From Clostridia bacterium (GTDB taxonomy: Bacteria; Bacillota; Clostridia; Oscillospirales; CAG-272): DNA of 64,000 nt. Below the pieces are notes generated by a model. That model saw nothing but the letters and a program-made list of their open reading frames with translations. It had not been told where the DNA came from and made no database searches. The stretch covers positions 4,991-68,990 of the forward strand of contig JAFVZL010000044.1 of NCBI GenBank assembly GCA_017508195.1. Reading direction: 5' to 3'. The position numbers were made by a program, and so were the translations under genes. Positions 26,142 to 35,200 of this stretch are shown here, piece after piece. Positions within the stretch are counted from its first letter, which is position 1, and the number at the start of each line of letters is the position of its first letter.

Positions 26142-27926
26142 TTATGAAAATAGCGAGAGGTTCGCTATCCTTACTGCGCTATCCTTATACTTTTCAAGAT
26201 GCGAGCTCTTGCCGACGGTGGAAAGCACCTCGAAGCACACGTATCTTGCCTCAACTCTCTTAAAATCAAGTATGCTTTCGCTGCCGAGCGCCTGTATTCT
26301 GCCCGAGCGCACCTCTGTGTACTCTTCTCCACACGCGCTTACGAGTATTTTATACTCCGACACAAGCCCCGCGCTCTCCATAGAGGTGGTCCAATCGGGT
26401 CCCTTGTCCTTGCCTCTCAGTATTATGTGAGGGTAGTATCCGAGGGCGGATACGCTTCTCTTCTCTCCGAGATCTATTACTATCCTCGCCTCGGGTGCCT
26501 CTCCGTACCAGCTCTCCATAGGGTTACGGTCTATAAGCGCCGGGGCTTCCTTACCGTCGGCATAGCACACCGCCCTGCTGAGGTCTATCTCGTCGAGCTT
26601 TCTTTCGGCGTATTTATCATAAGCTCTGCTCGTAAATACGGGGGGTGACCATGTCTTTCTGCCCTCGGAGTCAATGAGCCTCAGATAGAAATACCTTGCG
26701 CTGTCGCTCCTTACGGTGAGCACAAAGGAGTCGCTATTGATATTCTCTATACATACGGGCTTTCCGTAGTCGAATATGACCTCGACGAGTATAGGTCTTG
26801 TGCTCTCGCACTCGGTGAAGTAATCGATATCGACCTTGAAGGTGTAGGTGTCGGCGTCAGAGAGGTCGCATGGAGCGAGCATGCCGTTAACCGTGTATTT
26901 CAGCTTGATATTTCCGCTCTCTGTCGCGTAAAAGCGGTTATTCACGAGAGCATCGACAAAGGCTTCGCGAGTTGGCTCGTTAGCCATTATCACGGTTTTT
27001 CCCGGCATCAGATCTATGCCCCAGTTCGAGCCGTGCGAGTCACTGCCGCAGGTGGTGCTGAGGCGGAAGCCTGCGTCAAGAGCCTGAGAATATGCGTATT
27101 CATGGAGCAGATTTTCCTTTCTGTCGGCACCGTTGCCCATCTCCATACCGCGCATTATCTCAAGCATTCTCGGGGTGTTGTTCCTCATAAAGTTAAAGTT
27201 CCATATACCGTTGGTGCTGAAGCCCACGACGTGGGGATGAGCAAATATACCTATCGCACGGGGCGACGGTGCCATATCGCGCTCAAATTCAGAAAAAGAG
27301 CGCGAGTCGGAGTATCCCGCGGAATTGATCGTAACTATCTCGCCGGATAATCTATGTAAGACACCGAGTCTGTCTACCTCTGTATATGTGACCTCGGACT
27401 CAGCCCCCGCAAAAAGCACGGTTCCCGCACCCTCGTCTGCAAGCTCGAAGCCGCGGAAGAAATCGTGGTCATTGGTAACGCCCGCGTGGTCGGAGATCAC
27501 ACCGAAGTCAAGGTCGCGATCAGCAAATACCGCGGCAGTATAATCCTCTATCAGATCCTTTTTGTGCTCGGCGAAGCTATCGGGATTGTGGTCCATCGAG
27601 GTGTGGTGATGCATATCACCGATATAGTAGTTTATCTCCTTTGAACCGTCGAAGCTCTTACGAGCTCTCGCGGTCGCCTCGAGAGTATATTTTTTGCCCT
27701 GATACTCGGCACAAACGGTGGCACTCCCCTCTCTTACAAGAGTAACTAAAGCGCCGCACCTCTCTGTGTGCCTTCCGTCTCTCTCAAATGTGCGGATAAG
27801 TGCCGCATCTCCCGTGACACTCCATTTCACCTCGGTGTATCTGTCGATACCCTCACCGACGAGCGAGACAGGAAGCACGTCGCCTACGAACGAGCATATT
27901 TTTTCTTTACTTAATCTGATTGACAT
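26142..27926 (-). CDS. PHP-family metallohydrolase with C-terminal discoidin (F5/8 type C)-like domain
   Basis: GDMHHHT, SDH, HPH and GSDSHG; C-terminal ALIDRNPMESW...IDLG...EARYV. Confidence 0.8.
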   Translation of the reverse strand: MSIRLSKEKICSFVGDVLPVSLVGEGIDRYTEVKWSVTGDAALIRTFERDGRHTERCGALVTLVREGSATVCAEYQGKKYTLEATARARKSFDGSKEINYYIGDMHHHTSMDHNPDSFAEHKKDLIEDYTAAVFADRDLDFGVISDHAGVTNDHDFFRGFELADEGAGTVLFAGAESEVTYTEVDRLGVLHRLSGEIVTINSAGYSDSRSFSEFERDMAPSPRAIGIFAHPHVVGFSTNGIWNFNFMRNNTPRMLEIMRGMEMGNGADRKENLLHEYAYSQALDAGFRLSTTCGSDSHGSNWGIDLMPGKTVIMANEPTREAFVDALVNNRFYATESGNIKLKYTVNGMLAPCDLSDADTYTFKVDIDYFTECESTRPILVEVIFDYGKPVCIENINSDSFVLTVRSDSARYFYLRLIDSEGRKTWSPPVFTSRAYDKYAERKLDEIDLSRAVCYADGKEAPALIDRNPMESWYGEAPEARIVIDLGEKRSVSALGYYPHIILRGKDKGPDWTTSMESAGLVSEYKILVSACGEEYTEVRSGRIQALGSESILDFKRVEARYVCFEVLSTVGKSSHLEKYKDSAVRIANLSLFS

Positions 27927-27970
27927 AATGCCTCCCGCGAAGAATAAAAAGGGTTATATGTAAATAATTG

Positions 27971-28375
27971 TTAACTGCAAAGATACATATCAATATCTAT
28001 TTGCGTTCTTGTTTCATGACAGAAATCGATTACATCAAGCGAAGGTGCAAGGCACGGATTGATATCGTCAACATAGATCGTAGGCACTATCTCCAAATAG
28101 AAGGATGCGCCGAATTCTTCTCTTATTCGATTAAGCACCTCTGTCTTGTCCTTTAGCGCTTCGATCGATTTTCTCATCTGATTTTCTACGTTGACGTCAT
28201 ATTCCGTGCATTTTCCGATTTCCCAGAGTGCAAAATCGTACTCTGTACCGTCGCGCCTCAGATCCCCGATTTTCAAACTTCTGTCGGGGATGAGCTCCAA
28301 CATCTCTGATACGTCATCGGGGTTAAACGCCCCGACGATCTTAAAGGCTGTATAACAAGTATTCCGGGTATCCAT
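27971..28375 (-). CDS. DUF4279-like protein
   Basis: F.PDDVSEML.L.P....KIG...W and C-terminal IDID.Y pattern; GGAGG RBS. Confidence 0.65.
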   Translation of the reverse strand: MDTRNTCYTAFKIVGAFNPDDVSEMLELIPDRSLKIGDLRRDGTEYDFALWEIGKCTEYDVNVENQMRKSIEALKDKTEVLNRIREEFGASFYLEIVPTIYVDDINPCLAPSLDVIDFCHETRTQIDIDMYLCS

Positions 28376-28431
28376 AAACCCTCCGCAATATTCTCTTTAT
28401 CGGTTAGATTATATCACACCCTCGCAAATAA

Positions 28432-28500
28432 ATCAAGGCATAGCCTTGTATATCATCAATTCTGGAGGAATTGCATATCATCAATGCATAGCATTGTATA
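28432..28500. repeat. Hairpin-linker array A
   Basis: Three CAA...TTG hairpins joined by TATATCAT and CATATCAT. Confidence 0.75.
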
Positions 28501-28554
28501 AAAAAGGACAGCATAGGTGCCCGACCCGGCAGCAATTCTGTCCTTTTGTTTGTT

Positions 28555-28797
28555 TTACTTTATCAGCTCGTCAAGTGTGACCCCGAATACTTCCGCAAAG
28601 GCTCTCAGCTCAATGTCTGTAACAAATCTCTTTCCGCACTCTATCCTCTGTATCGCGTTTTTATCAACGTCTATGCCGATAAGCTGAAGCTTGTCTGCCA
28701 GCGCCCTTTGCGAAAGCTTTGTAGAATATCCAAGCCTTAAAGCACGGATATTCTCACCGCATATATTGTTTCTTCCTTCGTCTTTGTTCTTGAACAT
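28555..28797 (-). CDS. XRE-family HTH transcriptional regulator
   Basis: GENIRALR..LSQRALA...IQRIECGKR...EL..FA..FGV. Confidence 0.9.
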   Translation of the reverse strand: MFKNKDEGRNNICGENIRALRLGYSTKLSQRALADKLQLIGIDVDKNAIQRIECGKRFVTDIELRAFAEVFGVTLDELIK

Positions 28798-28811
28798 TAT
28801 CTACCTCGCGT

Positions 28812-28890
28812 TTGACATTCAGTGATTGACATTTTAATTATATTGTGTTAAAACGATAGATATGACATTCACTAAATGTCAAGTAAATGT
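28812..28890. promoter_or_regulatory. Putative XRE operator repeats in a divergent promoter region
   Basis: TGACATT three times plus inverted AATGTCA; palindrome TGACATT-N5-AATGTCA at 28863-28881. Confidence 0.6.
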
Positions 28891-28912
28891 ATCACTGGAG
28901 AAGTAATGCAAA

Positions 28913-29095
28913 ATGAAAGATAAAATTGGAATAATAAAAGAAATTGACCGTATAGGGAGGATAGTTATACCCAAGGAATATCGCGACAGATACGGTTTTC
29001 ACGATACGATTGAGATCGTAGCTACTGAATCGGGTGTATTAATACGCAACCCCGAGTACGTTTTAAAGAAAGTAGATGACTGTAACAACAAATAG
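28913..29095 (+). CDS. AbrB/MazE/SpoVT-family DNA-binding protein
   Basis: GIIKEIDRIGRIVIPKEYR signature. Confidence 0.88.
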   Translation: MKDKIGIIKEIDRIGRIVIPKEYRDRYGFHDTIEIVATESGVLIRNPEYVLKKVDDCNNK

Positions 29096-29164
29096 TACTT
29101 TGCAATATTATGTAATGGTTTTGAAGCCCATTAATTTATAGCCCCGAATAATTATTTGCGTCTA

Positions 29165-29193
29165 TTGACAACGCCCATGCTTTGTGCTATAAT
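29165..29193 (+). promoter_or_regulatory. Sigma-A promoter of tRNA-Gln
   Basis: TTGACA-17-TATAAT with TG extension. Confidence 0.85.
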
Positions 29194-29206
29194 ATCATAG
29201 TCGCAA

Positions 29207-29281
29207 AGGGGTATCGCCAAGCGGTAAGGCAAAGGACTTTGACTCCTTTATTCGTAAGTTCGAATCTTGCTACCCCTGCCA
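29207..29281 (+). tRNA. tRNA-Gln(TTG)
   Basis: AGGGGTA/TACCCCT acceptor stem, anticodon loop CTTTGAC, GTTCGAAT, encoded CCA. Confidence 0.95.
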
Positions 29282-29282
29282 G

Positions 29283-29312
29283 AAAAGCACTCACTGTTTG
29301 TGGGTGCTTTTT
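29283..29312 (+). terminator. Terminator after tRNA-Gln
   Basis: AAAAGCACTCAC/GTGGGTGCTTTT. Confidence 0.75.
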
Positions 29313-29446
29313 GCATGGGGTAGAAGTGAGAACTTATTCCGAGGCAAGAAACAAGCAAGACTACCACCGAGATAGTTGCCGAGGACTTGTGGCATAGCCG
29401 CAAGCTAGCGACCGCCACACTTCCCTTTCCTGCAAATGCGGTCGCC

Positions 29447-29471
29447 GTTCGATTCCTTGCTACCCCTGCCA
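29447..29471 (+). repeat. Direct repeat of the tRNA-Gln 3' end (att-like)
   Basis: GTTCGATTCCTTGCTACCCCTGCCA versus tRNA GTTCGAATCTTGCTACCCCTGCCA. Confidence 0.8.
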
Positions 29472-29473
29472 AC

Positions 29474-29513
29474 AAAAAACGCACTTTTGTCTACCGGCAA
29501 AGGTGCGTTTTTT
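29474..29513 (+). terminator. Second terminator after the tRNA 3'-end copy
   Basis: AAAAAACGCACTTTTG/CAAAGGTGCGTTTTTT. Confidence 0.7.
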
Positions 29514-29514
29514 G

Positions 29515-29690
29515 AATGATGTTTGCCTCTGGCAAATGATGACGGCTTCGCCTAATGATGTTCGCTGCGCGAATAATGTGTGCCTCACGGCACATTGGGC
29601 AAACATCGCATCATTGCGGAACAAAGTGGAGCAACATCATTTTGAGCGAAGCGAAAAACATCATATCGCCGCGAGGCGATGCATCATTTG
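29515..29690. repeat. Hairpin-linker array B (inverted halves)
   Basis: ATGATG-linked hairpins on the left, CATCAT-linked segments on the right. Confidence 0.75.
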
Positions 29691-29827
29691 ACAAGCATAT
29701 GAATTTTGCCTCTGGCAAAACAACAGAAAAAGAGCAAGAGTACAAGGAAATAATCCTTATATTCTTGCTCTTGTTTTTCTTTCTGTCGATATATTCATCT
29801 TTCGCAAAAAATGTTCACGAAAGATGA

Positions 29828-29990
29828 ATTCGATATGTTCTCGCTTTGCTCGAACTCGATATATTGTCGCTACGCGTCAATTCGATATGAGATAAATCCC
29901 TCGTTTGCGAAGCAAACATATCGAGTGCGTCAGCACATATCGAACGCCGCAGGCGTATATCGAAAATCCCGCGAGGGATTTATCTCGATG
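29828..29990. repeat. Hairpin-linker array C (inverted halves)
   Basis: TCGATAT x3 then ATATCGA x3 plus ATCTCGA, separated by small hairpins. Confidence 0.75.
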
Positions 29991-30031
29991 CGCGTTGTCC
30001 GTTCAGGATAACACGCTATTTTCGCTCGTTA

Positions 30032-31099
30032 TTACATAAAGCCGAGGATAGCCTGAGAGGCTATGAATGCGACGTAGATAGTGAGAAGCGAGATACCCTG
30101 CCATCTCTTCAGCTTGCCTGTGAGGATGGTGGGGATGGTCATGATACCCATTGTGATGAATACGAGGGGGATATCGATGATAAGCGATGCGGGGATGCCG
30201 CCGAGGGTGATGCCCGAGGGAAGATCGAAGGGTGCGATGGTGATCGCTGCGCCCGAAACGAGAACGAGGTTGAAGATGTTCGCACCGATGATGTTACCGA
30301 GAGAGAGCGAGCCGTGTCCCTTCATAAGAGAGGTGATAGCGGTTACGAGCTCGGGCAGCGAGGTGCCGAGAGCTACGATAGTAACACCTACTACGACGGG
30401 ATCCATGCCGAGATAGTTGAGAGCGACAGACTCTGCGTTGGTTGCGAGAAGGCTGGCACCTACCGCGATGGTAGCCGCGCCGACGATAAGGAAGATGATA
30501 TCCTTGACGATGTTGCCCTTGTATTCGGATTCCTCCTCTGCCTCGGGGATCTCGTCGGGGATCTCAAGCTCCTCTGCCTTTTCGGGGTTTTTCTTCATGT
30601 TGAGCACGTTGACGATCATGTATGCAACGAATGCAACGAGAAGAACTATACCTGCCCAGCGCTCGAAGCCTTGTGCAATATACGCGTTGAGGGCGTAGAA
30701 AATAGCGACAACGAAGTAAGCAGCAACGGGGAAGATCAGGGTCTTTTTATCTACTTTGCCGGGTTTTACCGCAATGGTAATAGCCGCGATAAGCGAGGTG
30801 TTGCAGATGATGGATCCGATAGCGTTGCCGTAAGCAATACCGCCACCGCCGCCCGTAGCGGCAAATACCGAGGTAAGCACCTCGGGAAGGGTAGTACCGA
30901 TCGATACTACGGTTGCTCCGATAAGGAGCTCGGGCAGACCGAATTTTTTAGCAATTCCGACCGATGCGTCAACGAACCAGTCGCCGCCCTTGATAAGAAG
31001 AATAAATCCGAAGATCATAAGAAAAACTTCCGCGGGGATAGGAAGCGAATTGAAGAGCATGAACTCTCCGAGCTTTGCAATACCTGTGTCAAGTAACAT
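30032..31099 (-). CDS. Calcium/sodium antiporter (CaCA, YrbG-like)
   Basis: Two alpha repeats: GTTLPE...GNAIGS and GTSLPE...GNIIGAN. Confidence 0.93.
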   Translation of the reverse strand: MLLDTGIAKLGEFMLFNSLPIPAEVFLMIFGFILLIKGGDWFVDASVGIAKKFGLPELLIGATVVSIGTTLPEVLTSVFAATGGGGGIAYGNAIGSIICNTSLIAAITIAVKPGKVDKKTLIFPVAAYFVVAIFYALNAYIAQGFERWAGIVLLVAFVAYMIVNVLNMKKNPEKAEELEIPDEIPEAEEESEYKGNIVKDIIFLIVGAATIAVGASLLATNAESVALNYLGMDPVVVGVTIVALGTSLPELVTAITSLMKGHGSLSLGNIIGANIFNLVLVSGAAITIAPFDLPSGITLGGIPASLIIDIPLVFITMGIMTIPTILTGKLKRWQGISLLTIYVAFIASQAILGFM

Positions 31100-31402
31100 T
31101 GTTTTCTCCTAAATGTTTAAAATTCAGCAAAAGGTATTTTACCATATCTTTGCTCGGAAGTCAATACAAAGCGCGTATAGACTAAATATTTTCTTCGCCG
31201 CGCGGCTTGGCTTGCCACTCTCTTGCGAGTTTGATTTCCGTGATTTGAACGAAAGAAAAACAAACCGAGAAGCAGAAACTTCTCGGTTTATTGAAAACAA
31301 TTGTTTGCAAAATTTGGCTTTATATGTGTTTTTGTGCGGTGAAACGCAGCTCATCAGCCGGACGATGCGCGCTTTTGCGAGCATCTGAGCAGAGCGATTT
31401 TA

Positions 31403-32572
31403 TCAGCCGAGCGACTTGAGCGTTTCGAGAACGTAGTCCGAAAACTCCTTGGTGGTAGCACCCGTATCTCTGCCTGTGATAACGAGCTTCTTTTCCTCGA
31501 GCGTGCAGATGTCGAGAGCGCGGGCAAGCTTGTCTGCCTCGGTCTGATATCCTATGTGCGAGAGAAGCATAACTGCGGCGCGGAGCATCGAGCAGGGGTC
31601 TGCAAACTTAGCACGCCCCTCGTTTACCATACGGGGTGCAGAGCCGTGGATAGCCTCGAACATTGCGTATCTCTTACCGACGTTCGCGCAGCCCGCGGTA
31701 CCTACACCGCCCTGGAATTCTGCTGCCTCGTCGGAGATGATGTCACCGTAAAGGTTGGGGAGTAAGAGCACCTGGAAGTCGCGGCGGCGCTTCGTATCGA
31801 CGAGCTTTGCCGTCATGATGTCCGCATACCACTCGTCCGTGGTGATCTCGGGGTAGCTCTCGGCTACTCTGTGACAGTCCTCGAGGAAGTTTCCGTCGGT
31901 GGTTTTGATGACGTTTGCCTTGGTAACGAGAGATACTCGGGTCTTGCCGTTCTTTCTTGCATAGTCGTATGCGATCTCGGCAATTCTCGTTGATCCCTGC
32001 TTAGTCGTGATGGTAAAGTCGACTGCGATATCGTCGGTTACGTTGAAGCCCTTTGAGCCTACTGCGTACGCGCCCTCGGTGTTCTCGCGGAAGATGCACC
32101 AGTCGATGCCCTCCTCGGGTACTCTTACGGGTCTGATGTTTGCAAAGAGGTCGAGCTCGCGGCGCATAGCTACGTTTGCCGACTCGATGTTAGGAAGTCC
32201 CGAGCCCTTCTGGGGGGTCGTCGTAGGACCCTTTAAGACGATATGGCACGCCTTAAGCTCTGCAAGCACGTCGTCGGGGATAGCCTTACCGTGAGCTATT
32301 CTGTTTTCGAGAGTCAGACCGCCAATGTCGCGGAACTCTATTTTGCCCGCGCTGACCTCATCCGCAAGGATATATTCGAGCACCTCGCGCGCGGCAGCGG
32401 TGATCGTCGGACCGATGCCGTCTCCTCCGCATACGCCTATGATGATCTTGTCGAGCGAGGCGTAGTCGACGAAGTCACCCTGCGACTTCATGTCCTCGAC
32501 TCTTATTAACTGCTCCTCGAGTATTTTTCTGAATTTTTCGAGTGCCTTATCAAGATTTACGGAATTGTTCAT
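31403..32572 (-). CDS. Isocitrate/isopropylmalate dehydrogenase family, likely isocitrate dehydrogenase
   Basis: GDGIGP, LKGP, RENTEG, NLYGDIISD and EAIHGSAP; operon context. Confidence 0.88.
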   Translation of the reverse strand: MNNSVNLDKALEKFRKILEEQLIRVEDMKSQGDFVDYASLDKIIIGVCGGDGIGPTITAAAREVLEYILADEVSAGKIEFRDIGGLTLENRIAHGKAIPDDVLAELKACHIVLKGPTTTPQKGSGLPNIESANVAMRRELDLFANIRPVRVPEEGIDWCIFRENTEGAYAVGSKGFNVTDDIAVDFTITTKQGSTRIAEIAYDYARKNGKTRVSLVTKANVIKTTDGNFLEDCHRVAESYPEITTDEWYADIMTAKLVDTKRRRDFQVLLLPNLYGDIISDEAAEFQGGVGTAGCANVGKRYAMFEAIHGSAPRMVNEGRAKFADPCSMLRAAVMLLSHIGYQTEADKLARALDICTLEEKKLVITGRDTGATTKEFSDYVLETLKSLG

Positions 32573-32594
32573 TGTGTTCCCCTTTCTTTTACCT

Positions 32595-34532
32595 TTATCG
32601 GTTACTGTTCGCTTTCGTGTAGTTGAGAGTGCCGCCTGCGAGAAGTATCTCGCGCTGACGCGCTGTGAGGTTAAGTGTGAGTGCTGCGGATGAGCCCGTG
32701 GTCCTGTTGATAAGCGTGACGGTGTTTTTCGACGTTACCGCATCGCGTAAGCCCTCGATATAAAGCTCGTCTCCCTCACCGAACAGCTCGTAATCGTCCT
32801 CCGAGAAGAAGGTCATGGGTATGATACCGAAGTTTATGAGGTTAGCTACGTGAATTCTCGCAAAGCTCTTTGCGATAACTGCCTTGATACCGAGATACTG
32901 AGGAACGAGAGCTGCGTGCTCACGCGAGGAGCCCTGACCGTAGTTCGAGCCGCCTATTATGATGCCGCCTCCCTCTTTAAGCGCACGCTCGGGGAATTCG
33001 GGATCGCAGACGGTAAAGCAGAACTCCGAGAGCTTTGGTACGTTCGAGCGATAGGGAAGTATCTTCGCACCCGCGGGCATGATATGGTCGGTCGTGATAT
33101 TGTCACCGACCTTGAGTATCAGCCTTGCCGAGAGGTCGTTTTCGGGGGGCGTTCCCTTGGGGATAGCCTTTATGTTCGGACCGCGCTCCACCGTGAGCGA
33201 GGGGGCATCCTCGGGGTCGGCAGGCAGGTCGATCATATTGTCGGAAATTTTGAATTTTTTGGGCATCTCGATTTTTGGTGCTTCACCGAGAGTAGTGGGA
33301 TCAACGAGCACGCCTGCGATAGCAGACGCTGCCGCAAGCTCGGGGGATACGAGGTAGACCTCTGCATCCTTGGTGCCACTGCGTGCTAAGAAATTGCGGT
33401 TGAAGGTACGCAGACTTACACCGCCCGACTTAGGAGAGAAGCCCATGCCGATACAGGGGCCGCAAGCACACTCGAGAACTCTTGCACCTGCTGCGATGAT
33501 ATCTGCTAGCGCACCGCACTCGGCAAGCATATTGAATACCTGCTTTGAGCCGGGGGATATCGAGAGAGAAACGTCGGGATGTACGGTCTTGCCCTTAAGT
33601 ATAGCCGCGACCGTGAGCATATCCCTTAAGGATGAGTTCGTGCAGGAGCCGATACATACCTGATCTATCTTCATCCCTGCAAGCTCGGATGCCGGCTTTA
33701 CGTTATCGGGGCTGTGAGGACAAGCCACGAGGGGGGAGAGCGTGTCGAGATCCACGGTGTATTCTGCATCGTAGACGGCATCCTCATCGGATGCGAGGGG
33801 CTGCCATACGTCACCTCTGTCCTCTGCCTCGAGAAACGCCTTTGTGGTCAGATCGGAGGGAAATATCGAGGTGGTAGCACCGAGCTCCGCGCCCATGTTG
33901 GTTATAGTCGCTCTCTCGGGTACCGAAAGGGTAGCAACTCCCTCGCCCGCGTACTCGACTATCGCACCGACACCGCCCTTGACACCGAGCTGCCTCAGCA
34001 CCTCGAGAATTATGTCCTTCGCTGATACGAAGGGGCGTAATTTGCCCTTTAAGTTGACACGGATCATACGCGGCATCGTAATATAATACGCACCGCCGCC
34101 CATTGCTACCGCTACGTCAAGACCGCCCGCACCGAACGCGAGCATACCGATACCGCCTGCCGTGGGTGTGTGGCTATCCGAGCCGATGAGAGTTCCGCCC
34201 GGGCGTGCAAATCTCTCGAGATGCACCTGGTGGCAGATGCCGTTACCGGGACGGGAGAAGCGGATGCCGTGCTTTTTTGCAACGGTCTGTATGTATCTGT
34301 GGTCGTCGGCGTTCTCAAAGCCCGCCTGGAGCGTGTTGTGATCTATGTACGCGACGGACAGCTCCGTCTTTACTCTCTCGATGCCCATAGCCTCAAACTG
34401 AAGGTAAGCCATCGTGCCGGTTGCATCCTGGGTGAGTGTCTGATCGATGCGGAGTGCGACCTCGGAGCCCGTGGTCATGTCACCGGAGAGAAGGTGATCT
34501 TTTATGATTTTTTGTGCTATAGTGTAAGCCAT
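32595..34532 (-). CDS. Aconitate hydratase (single-chain, about 645 aa)
   Basis: QDATG, GICHQ, DSHT, IGSCTN, CGPCIG, NYGQGSSREH. Confidence 0.93.
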   Translation of the reverse strand: MAYTIAQKIIKDHLLSGDMTTGSEVALRIDQTLTQDATGTMAYLQFEAMGIERVKTELSVAYIDHNTLQAGFENADDHRYIQTVAKKHGIRFSRPGNGICHQVHLERFARPGGTLIGSDSHTPTAGGIGMLAFGAGGLDVAVAMGGGAYYITMPRMIRVNLKGKLRPFVSAKDIILEVLRQLGVKGGVGAIVEYAGEGVATLSVPERATITNMGAELGATTSIFPSDLTTKAFLEAEDRGDVWQPLASDEDAVYDAEYTVDLDTLSPLVACPHSPDNVKPASELAGMKIDQVCIGSCTNSSLRDMLTVAAILKGKTVHPDVSLSISPGSKQVFNMLAECGALADIIAAGARVLECACGPCIGMGFSPKSGGVSLRTFNRNFLARSGTKDAEVYLVSPELAAASAIAGVLVDPTTLGEAPKIEMPKKFKISDNMIDLPADPEDAPSLTVERGPNIKAIPKGTPPENDLSARLILKVGDNITTDHIMPAGAKILPYRSNVPKLSEFCFTVCDPEFPERALKEGGGIIIGGSNYGQGSSREHAALVPQYLGIKAVIAKSFARIHVANLINFGIIPMTFFSEDDYELFGEGDELYIEGLRDAVTSKNTVTLINRTTGSSAALTLNLTARQREILLAGGTLNYTKANSNR

Positions 34533-35200
34533 TATTTACAATTCTCCTTGATTTCCATTGCCTTTACCGTGTTTTTCATAGCTTCCTCTATGTGGAGCGA
34601 GGTGAGTGCCTCTGCCTGCCTCTCGTCGCCCGAAAGCATTGCCGTGAGGATCTCACGGTGCTCTCGGATAGATTTTTCGAGTCTGCCGGGCACTGTAAGC
34701 GAGAGCTTTCTGTAACCCTTTATATTGCGGTGCAGCTCGCTGAGTATCTTCGAAAGGAGGCGGTTGCCCGATGCTTTGTAGATAATATTGTGGAAGGCGG
34801 AGTCGAGCTCCTTCAATTTGTCGGTGTCGCCCTTCGCCATATAGTACTCGGAGAGCTCTACCGATTCTATAAGCTCGCGCTTTTCGTTTTCGTTTAGCCT
34901 CGTGGTTGCCATCGCTGATGCCAGACCCTCGAGGCGCATTCTTATTTTATAGGTGTCCACAAGGTCGTCGACCGTAACTCCTACGACGATAGCTCCGCGG
35001 TTCGGGAATATCTCGACGAGTCCCTCCTCGGCAAGGCGGTGCAGTGCCGCCCTTACGGGAGTTCGCGATACTCCTAGCCTCTCGGATACCGATATTTCGG
35101 TGAGCTGGGCACCCCGTGCGTGATTTCCTTGGAGAATTTCTTCCTCGAGTTTGAGATATACCTCTTCCTCGCGTGATTTGGTTCTCTCGTTAACGATCAT
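34532..35200 (-). CDS. GntR (FadR/FCD) transcriptional regulator
   Basis: LGVSRTPVRAAL HTH; D..FH..I...SGN and EH motifs. Confidence 0.92.
   Translation of the reverse strand: MIVNERTKSREEEVYLKLEEEILQGNHARGAQLTEISVSERLGVSRTPVRAALHRLAEEGLVEIFPNRGAIVVGVTVDDLVDTYKIRMRLEGLASAMATTRLNENEKRELIESVELSEYYMAKGDTDKLKELDSAFHNIIYKASGNRLLSKILSELHRNIKGYRKLSLTVPGRLEKSIREHREILTAMLSGDERQAEALTSLHIEEAMKNTVKAMEIKENCK

Noticed and set aside
17040-29100. Prophage or ICE interpretation of the region between the tRNA loci
   Set aside because: No integrase, relaxase, T4SS or phage structural genes, and no matching flanking att pair seen
29182-30011. Several 60-90 aa ORFs
   Set aside because: They overlap tRNA-Gln, terminators and hairpin arrays; no RBS or coding signal
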